A stretch of DNA of 60,549 nucleotides from Perkinsus olseni (lineage: Eukaryota): positions 62,001 to 122,549 of the forward strand of contig JABANN010000023.1 of assembly GCA_013115125.1 (NCBI GenBank), in the 5' to 3' direction. The notes under the pieces were generated by a model, which worked only from the letters and a program-made list of their open reading frames with translations, ran no database searches and was not told the DNA's origin. Positions 1-11,907 of the stretch are shown one piece after another (positions within the stretch are counted from its first letter, which is position 1; each line of letters starts with the position of its first letter). A program made the position numbers and the translations under genes.

Positions 1-1210
1 GTAGAATACGCCGATCACCCCAACGAGTGCCAAGAGAATAACAACGTATCTGATGGTGAGCAGCCACCATGACCAAACTCGATAACATAGCGGGTGTGTC
101 CGGAGCATCCGCCCTCGAGTCGAACGGCAATCTATCTCCGGAGGACATTTCAGTCTGCTGCTGATGATGCAAGCCTTGAAGTGGCATGCCAGCGTTGAAG
201 TTGCTGAAGGGATGCCAGAATGAGAACCCCTCTCCGTGTCGCTACTTTCTCGCCAAAACCACAGCACAGTGGCCGATGCGGAAGGTGAGGACATCGTTCT
301 TGAAGTTGGTGGGTAGGGATATCTTCGACCGGGAGCCGACCTTATTGAGGCAGCTGGGGCAGCGGTGGACGGTATCCTTCAGTAAAGGCCATATCACTGA
401 GAGGGAGAACATACTCGACCGGGGCCTTCACCATTCGGTTCGGGAAATCACAAAGACTATATCACAATAGGAATTTTGATGAAGGACTCCTTATAGCTTA
501 TGAGAGCCGAGACATTCACTGGTAATCTAACAAGGGCTCCTTACAGCGGATATCCGACAAGTCGGGAGGGAAGGTAATGTAGTGAAGACAATAATATTAA
601 TTATTAACGGTACCAACATTCCACCACATCGTCGTGACTAGCATGCACTAACTGTTATACAACCACCCTGCTGCGATACTAACCAATAGTCGAGAGCCGT
701 GATCAGGCCCGTATGAACAGAAGGCCCCTACCTGGCAAAACACACACAGATAACCACTGGAGGACTAGTATTAGAAGGAGCGCCAGGAGGTAGGATACAA
801 CGGACGGCTCGTGTGTCACGAAGGTAGTGATGTCCGCCCGGCAAAACGGGCATCGGCAGTTCACAGGCCTGAGGCAAAAGTAGAGTGCCGCACCGGTAGC
901 TCTGAGACAAGGGTACGTACGACATGTCAAAGACAGGCCGCTTCTCTCCATCCGTACTCGACGCTGAAGACAGCGTCTCCGTGCCGGATTCACCGTCCAT
1001 CTCGACGTCGCCCTCCTCAGCGACCGCTGGCAGTGTGGGCACTTGGCGATACGTGTGGGCCTCCTTCCGACGCTGGCTGAACGCCCCCGTCATTCGTACA
1101 GACTTTAAAATGTGAACCTTTCGGAGTCCTTGGCCGTCTGCGGATGCACAGCCACGCTCGAGCCCGCCCATCCCGACCAACCCACACTCTACAGGAACTT
1201 GAGTCGACAT
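1..1210 (-). CDS. LITAF-like zinc-ribbon membrane protein (multi-exon, runs off left edge)
   Basis: Spliced reading DMS|PVNCRCPFCRADITTFV...hydrophobic stretch...VLP|VIWPLLKDTVHRCPSCLNK gives CxxC - hydrophobic segment - HxCxxC, the LITAF layout. Intron 869-920 is GT-AG and in frame. Last visible exon KYVVILLALVGVIGVFY at 1-49. Start ATG at 1210 is tentative. Confidence 0.8.
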
Positions 1211-1301
1211 GACCGAGTTCGCCTGTCTCGTGCCCAAAGTGAAAATAATAATCGTCAAAAAGGATCAGCAACTACAGAATTCCCGCAATCTCGTCAGCAA
1301 A

Positions 1302-1797
1302 TCATCGTGGACACCCCGCAGCGATACCGTTGTACCGCGTCCGCTCCGCTGGCGTCAATAGCGACCACACGGCCGCCACATTCCGGGAGAAGTGATCCTC
1401 ACTCTCCGGGCCACCGTGAAGGAGACATCGAGCGCAATTACACACAAGGCGAGGATGGAACTCCTCACCCAGAAGCCTCTCGCCAGGCACCGTTACAGAT
1501 ATACCTGAGCAGCATTGACGACGACGCGGAGGGTGCAGCCGGCCCTTATCTACCTAGAGGACCGCCACGATCGCGCGTCTCTGTGCTGGGCGAGGTTCGC
1601 ATGAAGTTGGCCCGGGGGCACTGGACTCGTCGGACATGATGGCAAGCGACTCTGAGCCTCACCATGGCCAGTGTTGCCTCGATCGAATCACGACCGGAGT
1701 ACTGCACGCTGATGTCCTGAGGCGACGGTGTGGCAGCAAAGGGCGAGGAGTCTTCCACAAAAAACAAATTCCAAGATCTTTGTTTTCGCTGGTCCAT
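1302..1797 (-). CDS. Small two-exon hypothetical protein, weak HMG-box-like motifs
   Basis: ORFs 1546-1797 and 1302-1490 join in frame through a GT-AG intron at 1505-1553. SWNLFF and VAAVWSLLTPAERTRY resemble HMG-box helix 1 and helix 3 (inference). Confidence 0.45.
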
Positions 1798-2269
1798 CGG
1801 TAATGCTCCAACCTCGGCGGTACACGGGACGTCACACGAATTGTTCGGCTCTTCCCCAGATGATAATCATAACCGGGTGGAGGAGGGAGTTCCGCCCGTA
1901 GTGCCAGAGGTGCGTTGCTGCGGGAAATTCACTATTTTTCGGGAATTTTATTAAAAAAACCATGAGGAAAAATATGTCCTTTTAGTTGGTAAGTCTATCT
2001 ATTATTAAGCTCGGACTATACCGGCGAAAACGCGAAAAAAGTATATTTTTTACGCGATTGAGCCTCAATCATCGAGGGTCCACGAAGGAATACGCGAAGG
2101 CTTCCTATGGTGCCCAGCCCAATCGGCCACTCTCGTGTTGGCGAACTGATTCCCTCTCAACCACCTACCTCCACAGAAGCCCCCGAGGACGTAACCCCGC
2201 GAGTGACCGCTGTAAGGGTGTCCTCATCAACGGCATTCAAGCGAAGCCTTCTCAGCTTCGACAGTCCAG

Positions 2270-3990
2270 CTAGGACCTGAAGGTAGGAGTAGTTCGGCCG
2301 GCAGCAATGGTGGCACAACCTACCCGCTCTACATGGACGGGGGTCGCCATCGAAGGGCTTCCCATTCCGGAGAGCTCCTCGAGCTCGGTGTAATGGCCAA
2401 CTCGCTGCATCAAACGACTTGAAGTAAAAGTACGAGCACCAACGGAAGTCCGTGATCCTACTCCGTCCACGGTCCAACCTCAAGATACTTCAACTGCGGC
2501 AACACCATCGGGAGCGTCTCGGCCAGTGCATCCACAGCGGCTTGGGTGGTGAGGTGAAAGACTCTCAGCTCCACTAGGTTGCACTCTGAAAAGCATTACC
2601 GCAGCGTGGTTAAAAACCCCCACAAGAGCCGGGAAAGCGAGTACTCCCAACTCCTAACGGTCGTCGAAGAAGCGACGAGGGTGATATTCTCTTCGACGAA
2701 ACGCCCAAGGGTGCCTAGTTTCACGATCACCAACAGCAAGACGACCACCTAACGGAGTCCCCGACCTGTCCTCACCTCCATCCCGACGAAGCAGGGCTCC
2801 GGCAACTTCCAGGGCGGCACTCTCCGGTCGCACTCCCATCACCAGGCGACTCAGTCGAGGCAACACAACAGAGCCATCATCAGGCAGAAGGGTACAGCCC
2901 CTAACCACAGTGATCTGCAAGGGAACATCACTCAACACCACCGCTTCGACACTAACCTGAGTGAGCTCAAGGCGCCTGAGATTCTCCATCCGTGCTGGCA
3001 ATCTGACTGAGCGTTGAGGAGAAGGCTCCAAGATGAGACCATCCAGAACCAAAGACTTCACCGCAGCCATCGCCTAGACAACGCCGAGTAGTCTATGAGT
3101 GACCAGTCGTCCATCCAGGTACCCTGCTGTTCCCTAGAGTCCTTATTATTGGCACTGGATCTTCGCCCACGTCAGCACACTTGGCGAATCGCACAACACG
3201 GATGCTGTCATCCAGGGACTCCGCGATGCTTCCGAGTCTAGCTAGCACTCTCTTTGCTCTGAGGTGGTATGAAGTTGTGGGAATTGTGGTATGAGACTCA
3301 AAGGCATCGCTACTAGACTATCTTCTCTCATGTCCACTTCTCCGACGATCCCAAATTCTCCGACTAGAAGACGCGGCCGAATCGAAAAAAGCGAAAACCC
3401 TTCCTCCAGCCTGTCTGTCCCAGCCCAGCCCCAGGCCTACCGTGAATCACAGTGACCACTACGTATCACAGCCGTGAAGTCCACATCAAGGGTCTCCAAG
3501 TGGCCTTGGGCCCATCCATCCAAAAGACTATCAGGACCGAACCTCAGGGGGCTGTGACGAAGAAGATGCTGCACCGCCCTCAACGCTGGTCTGGGCAGGT
3601 CCGATCTGGCCACCAACTGACAGCCATGACCCAACCTCCCGAAGTGAGGATGTGCTCCACGCTCACCCCTCCAGTGGTGAGAGGATGACGAACAGCCTCG
3701 GCATGGAGACGGCTGGTCCTTGCAAAGTTGGCAGCATCAATAGGGTCCAGGAAACGCACAACGCGTATAAGAGGCCCCGTAGGGAGAACAGCGTCCCTAT
3801 CGTCAAGGAGACCTGAGGCATGCCAATACGATGAGGGCTGAGAAGCACAACCCCACCAATGCCCCGACCCGCGGGGATGTGTTCGCACGGCAGCCCAACA
3901 TCTCTCGCTGCCTTCATAACGAATAGGGGATCGAGTAGCCCTTCGTCCAGTGCCATGTTGAGCGCCGTCAATATGGACAATCGGACCTGT
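2270..3990 (-). CDS. F-box-like / leucine-rich-repeat-like protein (multi-exon)
   Basis: LPTGPLIRVVRFLDPIDAANFARTSR is F-box-like. Downstream VKSLVLDGL, LRRLELTQVSV and LPRLSRLVM are LRR-like. Boundaries approximate. Confidence 0.5.
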
Positions 3991-4876
3991 TCAGAGAAGT
4001 GTAGGTCCTGCGTGATGGAGGCACAGGTTCGATCCCTGGCGAGGGCATATTCAGTCGTGCGTCCCGCTCCCGTACCGTTCCATGCCGAACTAGATGTGCA
4101 ATAAGCCTATCCAAATACCGGCTCAGGAGATCCTTAACGCACCTTCGTATACCTGTGACCATTAACAATATCAACATACGTCAGCCGCGAGCACGCATCG
4201 CTCCGTCGGATATTCTCAGTAGATTTCCTAATTTGCTCAACATAAAACGACTACAGCCCTTGGTCACGCTCTTGTGCGCTATCAAGCTTTCCGCTTCCGG
4301 AAATACGACTTTGTATAAAAGCAAGCAGACGATACCCTCATGATGCACTCAGCACGGCCGCGGCTAGTGCTGATGCATAGAGAAAGAGAGTCACTAGAGG
4401 CCACTTCCGCCAACACTTCGGCAGGTGCGCAATTGATAGGGTCAATACAGCCCTGTCCGCGCCAGTCCTGTCAGTACGATCTCCTCTATACAGTACCGGA
4501 AACGTTCCCGAATGCTCTCAGGATTTTCCGACGGGACAGTATCTTGGACGCTTTGCTAGATTGTGATCGCCCCTCCTACCTTCTTTACTACTGCCGTCCC
4601 CACCCTCCGAGGAGCCTTCTCCCGCGGGGGCGCTGCTGCTACTCGTAGCCATACCGCCGCCACCATTACTACTGCCACTATTACAGCATGGGTCCATTGA
4701 ATAAGGGGTGATATCACATAGACTCTGTCACACCTCCTCCGCGCGCCACGAAATACTCCGTCCTAATTGATGAGCACTCACAACAGCATCACACTGAGGT
4801 CACTAAGAAACACATACAGGACTTGCTGCTGGTCAAGAATAGCAGAGGTTGATAGTACAAAAAGATACGTCTCGCG

Positions 4877-5066
4877 TTACCGAGGACGATGGACCGCAGC
4901 CGCTGGTGAATTGGCCGCCGCCGGTCGAGTGGGCGAGGCATGGGTGTTAGCATCTCTCAGTCGATTGAGGAAGGACTTCTTATCGCCCTTGGCCTCTACT
5001 ATCGGCGTCGACTCCGCAGTAGCAGCTGAGTTCTCCCGCTGATATCGGATCTGTTCGCTGTAACCC
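4877..5066 (-). CDS. Probable coding exon, gene assignment uncertain
   Basis: Polypyrimidine+cag acceptor followed by the open frame GYSEQIRYQRENSAATAESTPIVEAKGDKKSFLNRLRDA. Confidence 0.35.
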
Positions 5067-5219
5067 TGACAAGGGAGACAAAAACTGAGGTTTATGAACT
5101 GAAGGTTTTAGCTGACTACACTACTGGTAAGAGGCACTCCCACTACAACTTCGGTCAGTAAGAGCTTATATTAACGCAGGGGGCACGCGCCCCTCGAACC
5201 AGTCAATTGGACCATTGGG

Positions 5220-7157
5220 TTCAATTCATAGCATCCCTCCGAGCGCGCCTCCATACACCACCACGATCGCCAGAACTTCTCTTCACCAACTTCAACCACC
5301 ATCCGAAGGTCGCCTTACACTCTGCCTCTGTCCGCTCCTTCTGTACTACTGCTACTTCCATCATGCCATTGAACGACACATTCCGATCGTCTTACGTGCT
5401 ACTATCACACACCCATGGCTGCTAGGCGTTCCCAATCACAACCACCGCGTCGTTCTACGGCCGTTACGAGCCCACCCTGAGAGATGTTATTCTACCTTCT
5501 TATAGCTCTCCTCGTAAGTCGGTGGCACCACAGGCATCATGCGATGCTTCTTCCCATCCCCTGCCCCTCTGGAACGAATCCTTTGCTCCGGGGAACGCCG
5601 TCTTACATGAGGCGCCATTGTTGGTGGTGATACTGACGACGAGCCACGATCTGATAGAAACGAGACCGATCAACCTCGCCAGGGTTCAGCACGCCCAATT
5701 ACCACTGGTCATTCTAGCGTTCTGTCCCGACACTAAAATTGGCAGCTTCGGAGCCGCAGCAGACGGAGCGACGGTTTCCAGCCTCTCCTCCGCCCAATCT
5801 TCCGTAAGATAGCGCCACAAGGACAGCCCTCTAGCCTCGCCTGCCATGTCCATAACTATCTCCCATCCAAGGATTCGGTCATCATCTCCATGCGTGATGA
5901 CCTCCCCAGACTTCGGTAGCATGGAGGGTGGTGCCTCGACATCCGGTGTACCATGACTCGAGTGATAGTTAGCTGAGCAGCCGTCGATGAGTCGGAGCAG
6001 CTGCCAGAAGGTGAGCCCGGTGGTCTCGTTCAGCTTCATGGCGTGCTTGAGGGACAGCTGGATGTCCTTCAGAAATGAGTTACTCTTGACGGCAAGGTTG
6101 TTGATGCAGAGACGAGACCTCTCTGCTTCGTCACTCACTTTGCCGTGCGCCCGTGCCACTGAGCAGGCCGCTGTTACGCATACCACACCATCCACAAATA
6201 CTTCCAAGGTAACCACTAGACCACTGATGATACCCGATTGGGCCGCTATATAATGGCTCGAGAGCATCCCACTCGCTGTTGTTAGAAAGATGATAGACAG
6301 GCAGGCCAGCAGAGGGGTCCAGGCCTCTGCTACGACAGAATGGAAGACTCTTCCCAGGGACACCTCGTGGATTCCCTGGAGGTCATAGACGAAGCGGGCG
6401 AAGGTGATCAATGAGAGAAGGCTCAGCACCACACCAGCGAAGGGAAGCCCTATGAGCTGCAGTACAGCGTAGGCGATAACGATGACCATACAAGAAAGTT
6501 GGAATATAATCTCAAGCGACTTCCACGACCATTCCCGTATAACAATACCGGTGGCGCGGTGCATACTGTAGGCCTTGAGCTTACGCAGCTGTACCCCGCG
6601 ATACCGTAAGTTCCACAAAAGATGGTATCTAAAAAGGGAGACTCCGCACGGTGAGGGAGGGGAGGTATTACAAAGGGGCAGTAGCGAGTAACACTACTGG
6701 ACCGACCCATCCTTTGGTGGTGTTGCCTGGATAACAGACCAGCAGCTGTAGAAGGAGGTACACTAGGGTGAGCGTTGATTGTAGGACCCCTAGTATGATG
6801 CCATACTCCATCGCTAGGCCTTCCCGGACCAGTCCGATCTGTGAGGGGACACTGACGGGAAGACGGCGCCAGATTGCCGTACCGCTATCCTTTCTTTGCC
6901 GATTGAGGCAGAACTCCGACCAGAGACAGATCCCTCTAAGGGCTCAGTGGTCTGGCGGTAGTTGATGGTAGTGGAGCGGAAGTCCCCACCAGCAAGAGTG
7001 ACGTATCCAGACATGTAGCACTAGTAGTAGTGGCACTGACGACGATGATGCAGCGATTCATCTCCACGCCAACGGCGAGGCCTATGTATCTTGTGGAAGC
7101 GAGCGTGCTAGTATGGTGTTGAGAATGCATGCATGCCAGTGTCAGGACCATGTTCAC
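5220..7157 (-). CDS. Multi-pass membrane protein of unknown function (multi-exon)
   Basis: The 310-aa ORF 5686-6618 has several hydrophobic helices. An upstream exon (~6670-6820) reads EYGIILGVLQSTLTLVYLLLQLLV. Both ends uncertain. Confidence 0.55.
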
Positions 7158-7421
7158 CTCTGTCGAGCGATGTGTGTATAATTTCGTGGCGCGCGACGGT
7201 GGTGGCCCGCAACTTGCGTTGTTTCATTCACCCATCACCACAATCAGTGAGAGCCGTCTGCTTGAAAGCCTCGTGGTTCGACATAAGAAGCTCCTCGCCC
7301 TTATTACACTGTCTAGTTTGACCCATACCGAGGGAGCTCCTCCACAGAAGGGTTCATAGTCGATAAGGTGGGGTGAGGGTTGTACCAGAAGTCCCCCTGC
7401 CTTTCTTACAGTATCTTTGAT

Positions 7422-9224
7422 ATGACCATCATCTCGTCGTGGATATCCGAGATTGGGCATAGCCTCTCTCGGACCACCGGGCTGAGTGATGACCTTTCCT
7501 ACTGGCTTGCTATAGTAGCCAGTGCTCTCGTACTGGCTGCGTTGTTATTTGGTAGTACTGGGGTAACCTAAAGGGGGCTTAAGCAACGATAAAGTCGTAA
7601 CGTCTCTCAGCGCTCTTTTCTCCTTCGATCTTAAAATGGCTTTTCGTTCTTCGTAAAATATGGAAAAATATCTTTCTGTCGGAGAAGCTCGTTCTTTGGA
7701 GGAAGAAAGAAATCGATAACTCGATCGCGCGCTGCCTTGAATACGACCACGTTAGAGTAGTGAGCTCTGCAGGCCGGAGGGATTGCTTTCAACCGGATGG
7801 GGATGATCATAGTAGTTCCAGTGCCACTCCTGGACTTGGCCATACTCCTCAGCTAGCCTCTATGTATTGGGCTTCTGGTCGTCCAGTGGTAATGGCAGTA
7901 AAGGGAAGAGAGGGAAGCTGGTCATGCTGATGGGCCCCTGTGGAGGTGGCAAGACGGCTATGTTTTCTTGGTGGAAGGTGATACCGGGCGATGCGCAGAC
8001 TGGGTATCCTCGTCCGTGTTCTCGGTTGCTGGCAAAGGTCACAAGGGTTGATAGGGGCTAGTCAGAATTGATGAATCCCTTCTTCTATCGCAGGACCTCC
8101 CGGTGAGGGGCAGAAATTCTCCCCTCGCTCGTTCGGTCGTGACACACTGAGTTCACTGGTGATCATCATTATCCCTGTAGTCCCGTAACCACCCCGAGAC
8201 GGTGTCCTCGATCCGACCGAATAGGGAAGTCGTCACTCTGCCAACAGGGAAGCAGGCGGAGGTAGTAGGGCATGGAAGGCGGCTAGTGGAGACGGCCTGG
8301 ACAGGTCGTGGACTTCCCCGGACACAGACGGTTAAAGTTCGAAAGCTACGAGCTTCTGCGTAACTGCGCATGCATATGTTACATACTGGACTCTACTGAT
8401 AGAGCCATGGTCAAGGAAGCTGCCGAGTAATATCCTTTCGGGTGGTAGAGGATTCTACTGCTGCCCATCTTTATTCAGGAGCCTGTACGATCTCTTCACG
8501 AACCAACTCTTCCTGAAGCAACTGCCACCAGTGCTACTGGTAGGAGTTGGTGAAAGGATGGTAGGTGATATCTGCCCGCAGGTTATGAATAAGCAAGACA
8601 AGCCCACCCACCGGACGACAAGGCGTATCCTCGGAGATCTTAATAAGGAGATGTAGTACTTGTCTTCTGCTGTGTAGCTCCCTTGATGGTCGGTTGTAGA
8701 GAGAGGCTGAGGACCTCACGCGGCCAAGTACTGGAAGGCGACGATGAGGTTGATAACTTTTTAGGAGTGGAAGGCGAGGCCTTCGAGTAGTATAGGGGAG
8801 GAGGGGCCACCAAACAGTACGGGAATGCGGCTCAGCGATACAGCCGAACGACCGTTCTGGTCGATCATTGTTGACCGATTCACGGGATGGAGCGTCCAAA
8901 ACTGACGGGAAAGATCGTTGAACTGCATAACTGTTGTTTCTCACTATTTTGGGAGATTGCTGTGTCAAATCTGAGGAAAATCGATTGCGCGTTCCTCGGA
9001 CTCGGGGATTGAAGACTAGTGCACTCGTCGGTTATTCTGATAACTGTCTTACGCGGGAATCGTGGAGTATCTCTCTCCCGTGTTTCAGTATTGAGCAGCA
9101 CGCCCCTGTTCCGGTAGAGGTTGCAGAGTACAGCGCAGCAACAGTGGGCAAAGGCACTACTGAGGATGCTGATGTTGTTGATGTTGTCGCTGATTGGGTC
9201 ACCGCCATCACTGTTGCCCCGTGA
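7422..9224 (+). CDS. SRPRB: Signal recognition particle receptor beta subunit
   Basis: N-terminal TM (WLAIVASALVLAALLF), P-loop LMGPCGGGKT, TVSSI, DFPGHRRL, ILDST, LYDLF, NKQD and ERLRTSR motifs across short introns. Confidence 0.88.
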
Positions 9225-9303
9225 TACCTTCTAGTGTTTCCATTACCCGTCCTGCGTTGACTTCCTCTCTCGATGGTTCATCTCCGCTGATAGTTTTCCT
9301 CGC

Positions 9304-11790
9304 ATGATACCGGGCATCCCTCCACCTTTGCCACCGAAGGCCCCGGCAGGTAGGGACGGCTGCTGTGTATCACTAGTAACTATCCAACAGGTGCCTCCAC
9401 AGGGCCGGTGCTGCCCCCTCCCGCCCCTCCTGTCCCGATGCCCCCTCCCCTAACAGGTAGTATCCCTCGGCCGCCGTTATGTTGTAGCCAGCTTCGCTCC
9501 GCCTTTTTTTAGCCGCTCCGGGTACGTTACTGATGCCACCGGTCCCCATGGGAGTGCCACCGCCACCGATGCCGCCCTCGGGAGATGCTACCCGTGTGCT
9601 TGCAGCCCCGACCACCAGTCAACAGCAGCTGGTGACTCCTGCGCAGATGGGCTGGTGTGAGGTAGTAACGGCGAAGTGGTTTGGGATCTGGCCACTTGGA
9701 CGTGCAGGTGCAAACCTCAGACGGTAGAGTATATTATTTTCACCCAACTACAAAGGAGTCCACCTGGGACAAGCCAAAGGACCTTCAGTCGGAGGCGGAG
9801 AAGGCGAACGACACCGAATGGAAGGCAAGTTGTTGTTTTGGGGGAGGGGACACTGACAGCCTCTTCTCAGGAGTACCACATCTGGGATGGGCGGTCCTTC
9901 TTCTACAACCCTCGGACGTACGTATCGTGTTGGGAAGTGCCGCCGGAAGTGCGGAAATCTCGAGCAGCGCTGCTAGGTACGAAGGGTGATTGTCGCACGA
10001 CCATGATAATCGTCCGTGACGTTAGGGAAGGGTTCACCCGAGTGTCTTCCTGGGGGAGGTTTGTGCTGTTCACGATGGTCTTTAATAATTTATGTTTTTC
10101 GTATTGTCCTTTTGACGCCGCGTCTCAGGCGGGGACCATGCTTCGGATACGGGTATGACGGAGGAGGGGAGTGTGGTGGAGGAAGTTGGTGGCGAGACGG
10201 TTGGCCAGCAGAAGGCGAATAAGACAGAGAGCGAGAAGAGAGCCGACTTCCGGCAAATGCTCATAGACAACGGAGTGGACGCCACGTGGAAGTGGGGTCA
10301 AGTGGCAGATCTAGCCAAGAAGGACATGAGGTTGGGGTTGTTCCCCTCTGTCGTTCTAGTGGCACCTTTACTCGGTGGTCAGGTACCACGCCCTGCCGAC
10401 TATGGGGGAGAAGAAGCAAGTCTTTGCGGAGTACCTTCTGCACGCTCGACGACTTGCTCAACAGAAAGAGGTGAGAATATCGTCAGCGTCAACGAGGTCG
10501 ATTCCTGTAGTTGTTTTTGCCGTCTATCGTACGACCACTGCGACGACCTCTGAATGTCGGTATGGATTATTCAACATCGTCTGAATGTCTGAATAATCTA
10601 TGCCGGACATTACCCGTAATGTCGCCCTCGAGGTTAGAAGGGGGATATCTTACCTCCTGGATGCTTTCCTGGTCTGCTCACTAAGCCTTCGTAACGAAAA
10701 AAGCGGCCCAGCTCGGCACGAAGACTTGGGCTCGAACCCCAGCTCGGGCTTTTTCCGTATTCTTAGGGTTCATCTACAACGGTCCACGACGGTTTTGCTT
10801 GGTAGAGCCGGGATGAGAGCGATTTCGTATTTTTTATAGGATACACAACCCGCGAGCTTTCGAATGGTATGTGTCTCGCGAGTTCAATCGACATAGTCGT
10901 GGAGAAGTAATTTGAACGAACGAACGAACGCACAACAAAGCGCAGAAGTGACCGTATATGCTCCGCTCACTTCGCTCGCTCCGCAACTTGGTGTGATGTA
11001 GTACAGTAGACGGCAGCCTCGTCGGCGGTGTCTTCATCCCGATTATTGTTGATCCTTTCAGCGCGACGATAAACGTGAAATGATGTATGAGATGGTGAAG
11101 GCGTTGCAGCAATGGAGTGGTATGGCTGAGGACACAAGGTAGACCAGCGGAAGCGAATAGGGGAAACTTCAGTCTGGGCAGGTATGATCAGCTGGCTGCC
11201 GACTCCGAGATGGCTGGCCAAGAGTGGTGGGGCAAGTTGACCGAGAAGGAGAGGATGACCCTCTTCGAGGCCTTCGCTGATGACTACTGTAGCGGATAGG
11301 GTGATGGAAGGCTGGGTTGACGGATTTATGGTAGGCGAAATCCAGAAGAAGAACAGGCAGGCTCGTGATGAGCGGAACATGCAGCAGTTGAAGAAGGCGT
11401 TGAAGGGAAGCCAGAGCGTTACCTACGATATGAGGTGGGGGCTCTTCTACTGGGAAGTCGATCATTCAGTCGTACCTTAGTATCGCCGACCTGGAAGGGC
11501 TGAAGGAGATCTCGTCTCTTGACTGCTGGCAACAACTACAATCGAACCAGCGGGTCACGGTGTGGCGGACGTGTGCGGCGGCCGAGACGCGGCGGTTGAA
11601 GAATATGGTCGAAACTGGTAAGGGGGTGTGAGGAGGGTTGCGGAATCACCATGTCGATGCAGGTGCGAGTACATACTCCCATAAAGAGCGCAAACTGCGG
11701 AAGGACAGGGAGATCGCGGGCTACTTGACCGGACCAAGTCCACAGGTCGATGGTGGCACAAGAAAAGTTGGAGAGAAGTCGAAGCGATAA
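9304..11790 (+). CDS. PRP40: Prp40-like splicing factor (Pro-rich N-terminus, two WW domains, FF domains)
   Basis: WW1 WCEVQTSDGRVYYFHPTTKESTWDKP; WW2 WKEYHIWDGRSFFYNPRTYVSCWEVP; FF domain FRQMLIDNGVDATWKW...RYHALPTMGEKKQVFAEY. 3' end approximate. Confidence 0.85.
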
Positions 11791-11907
11791 CTGTCTTGTA
11801 TGATTGCCGATATCGGTTTCAACGACTGATGGCCTGATTGTTGTGTTCGATAGTTCCTAGGGGGCCGCAACCGAATAGTCGGAGCTAGCAGTAGTCGGGC
11901 TCGGAGA

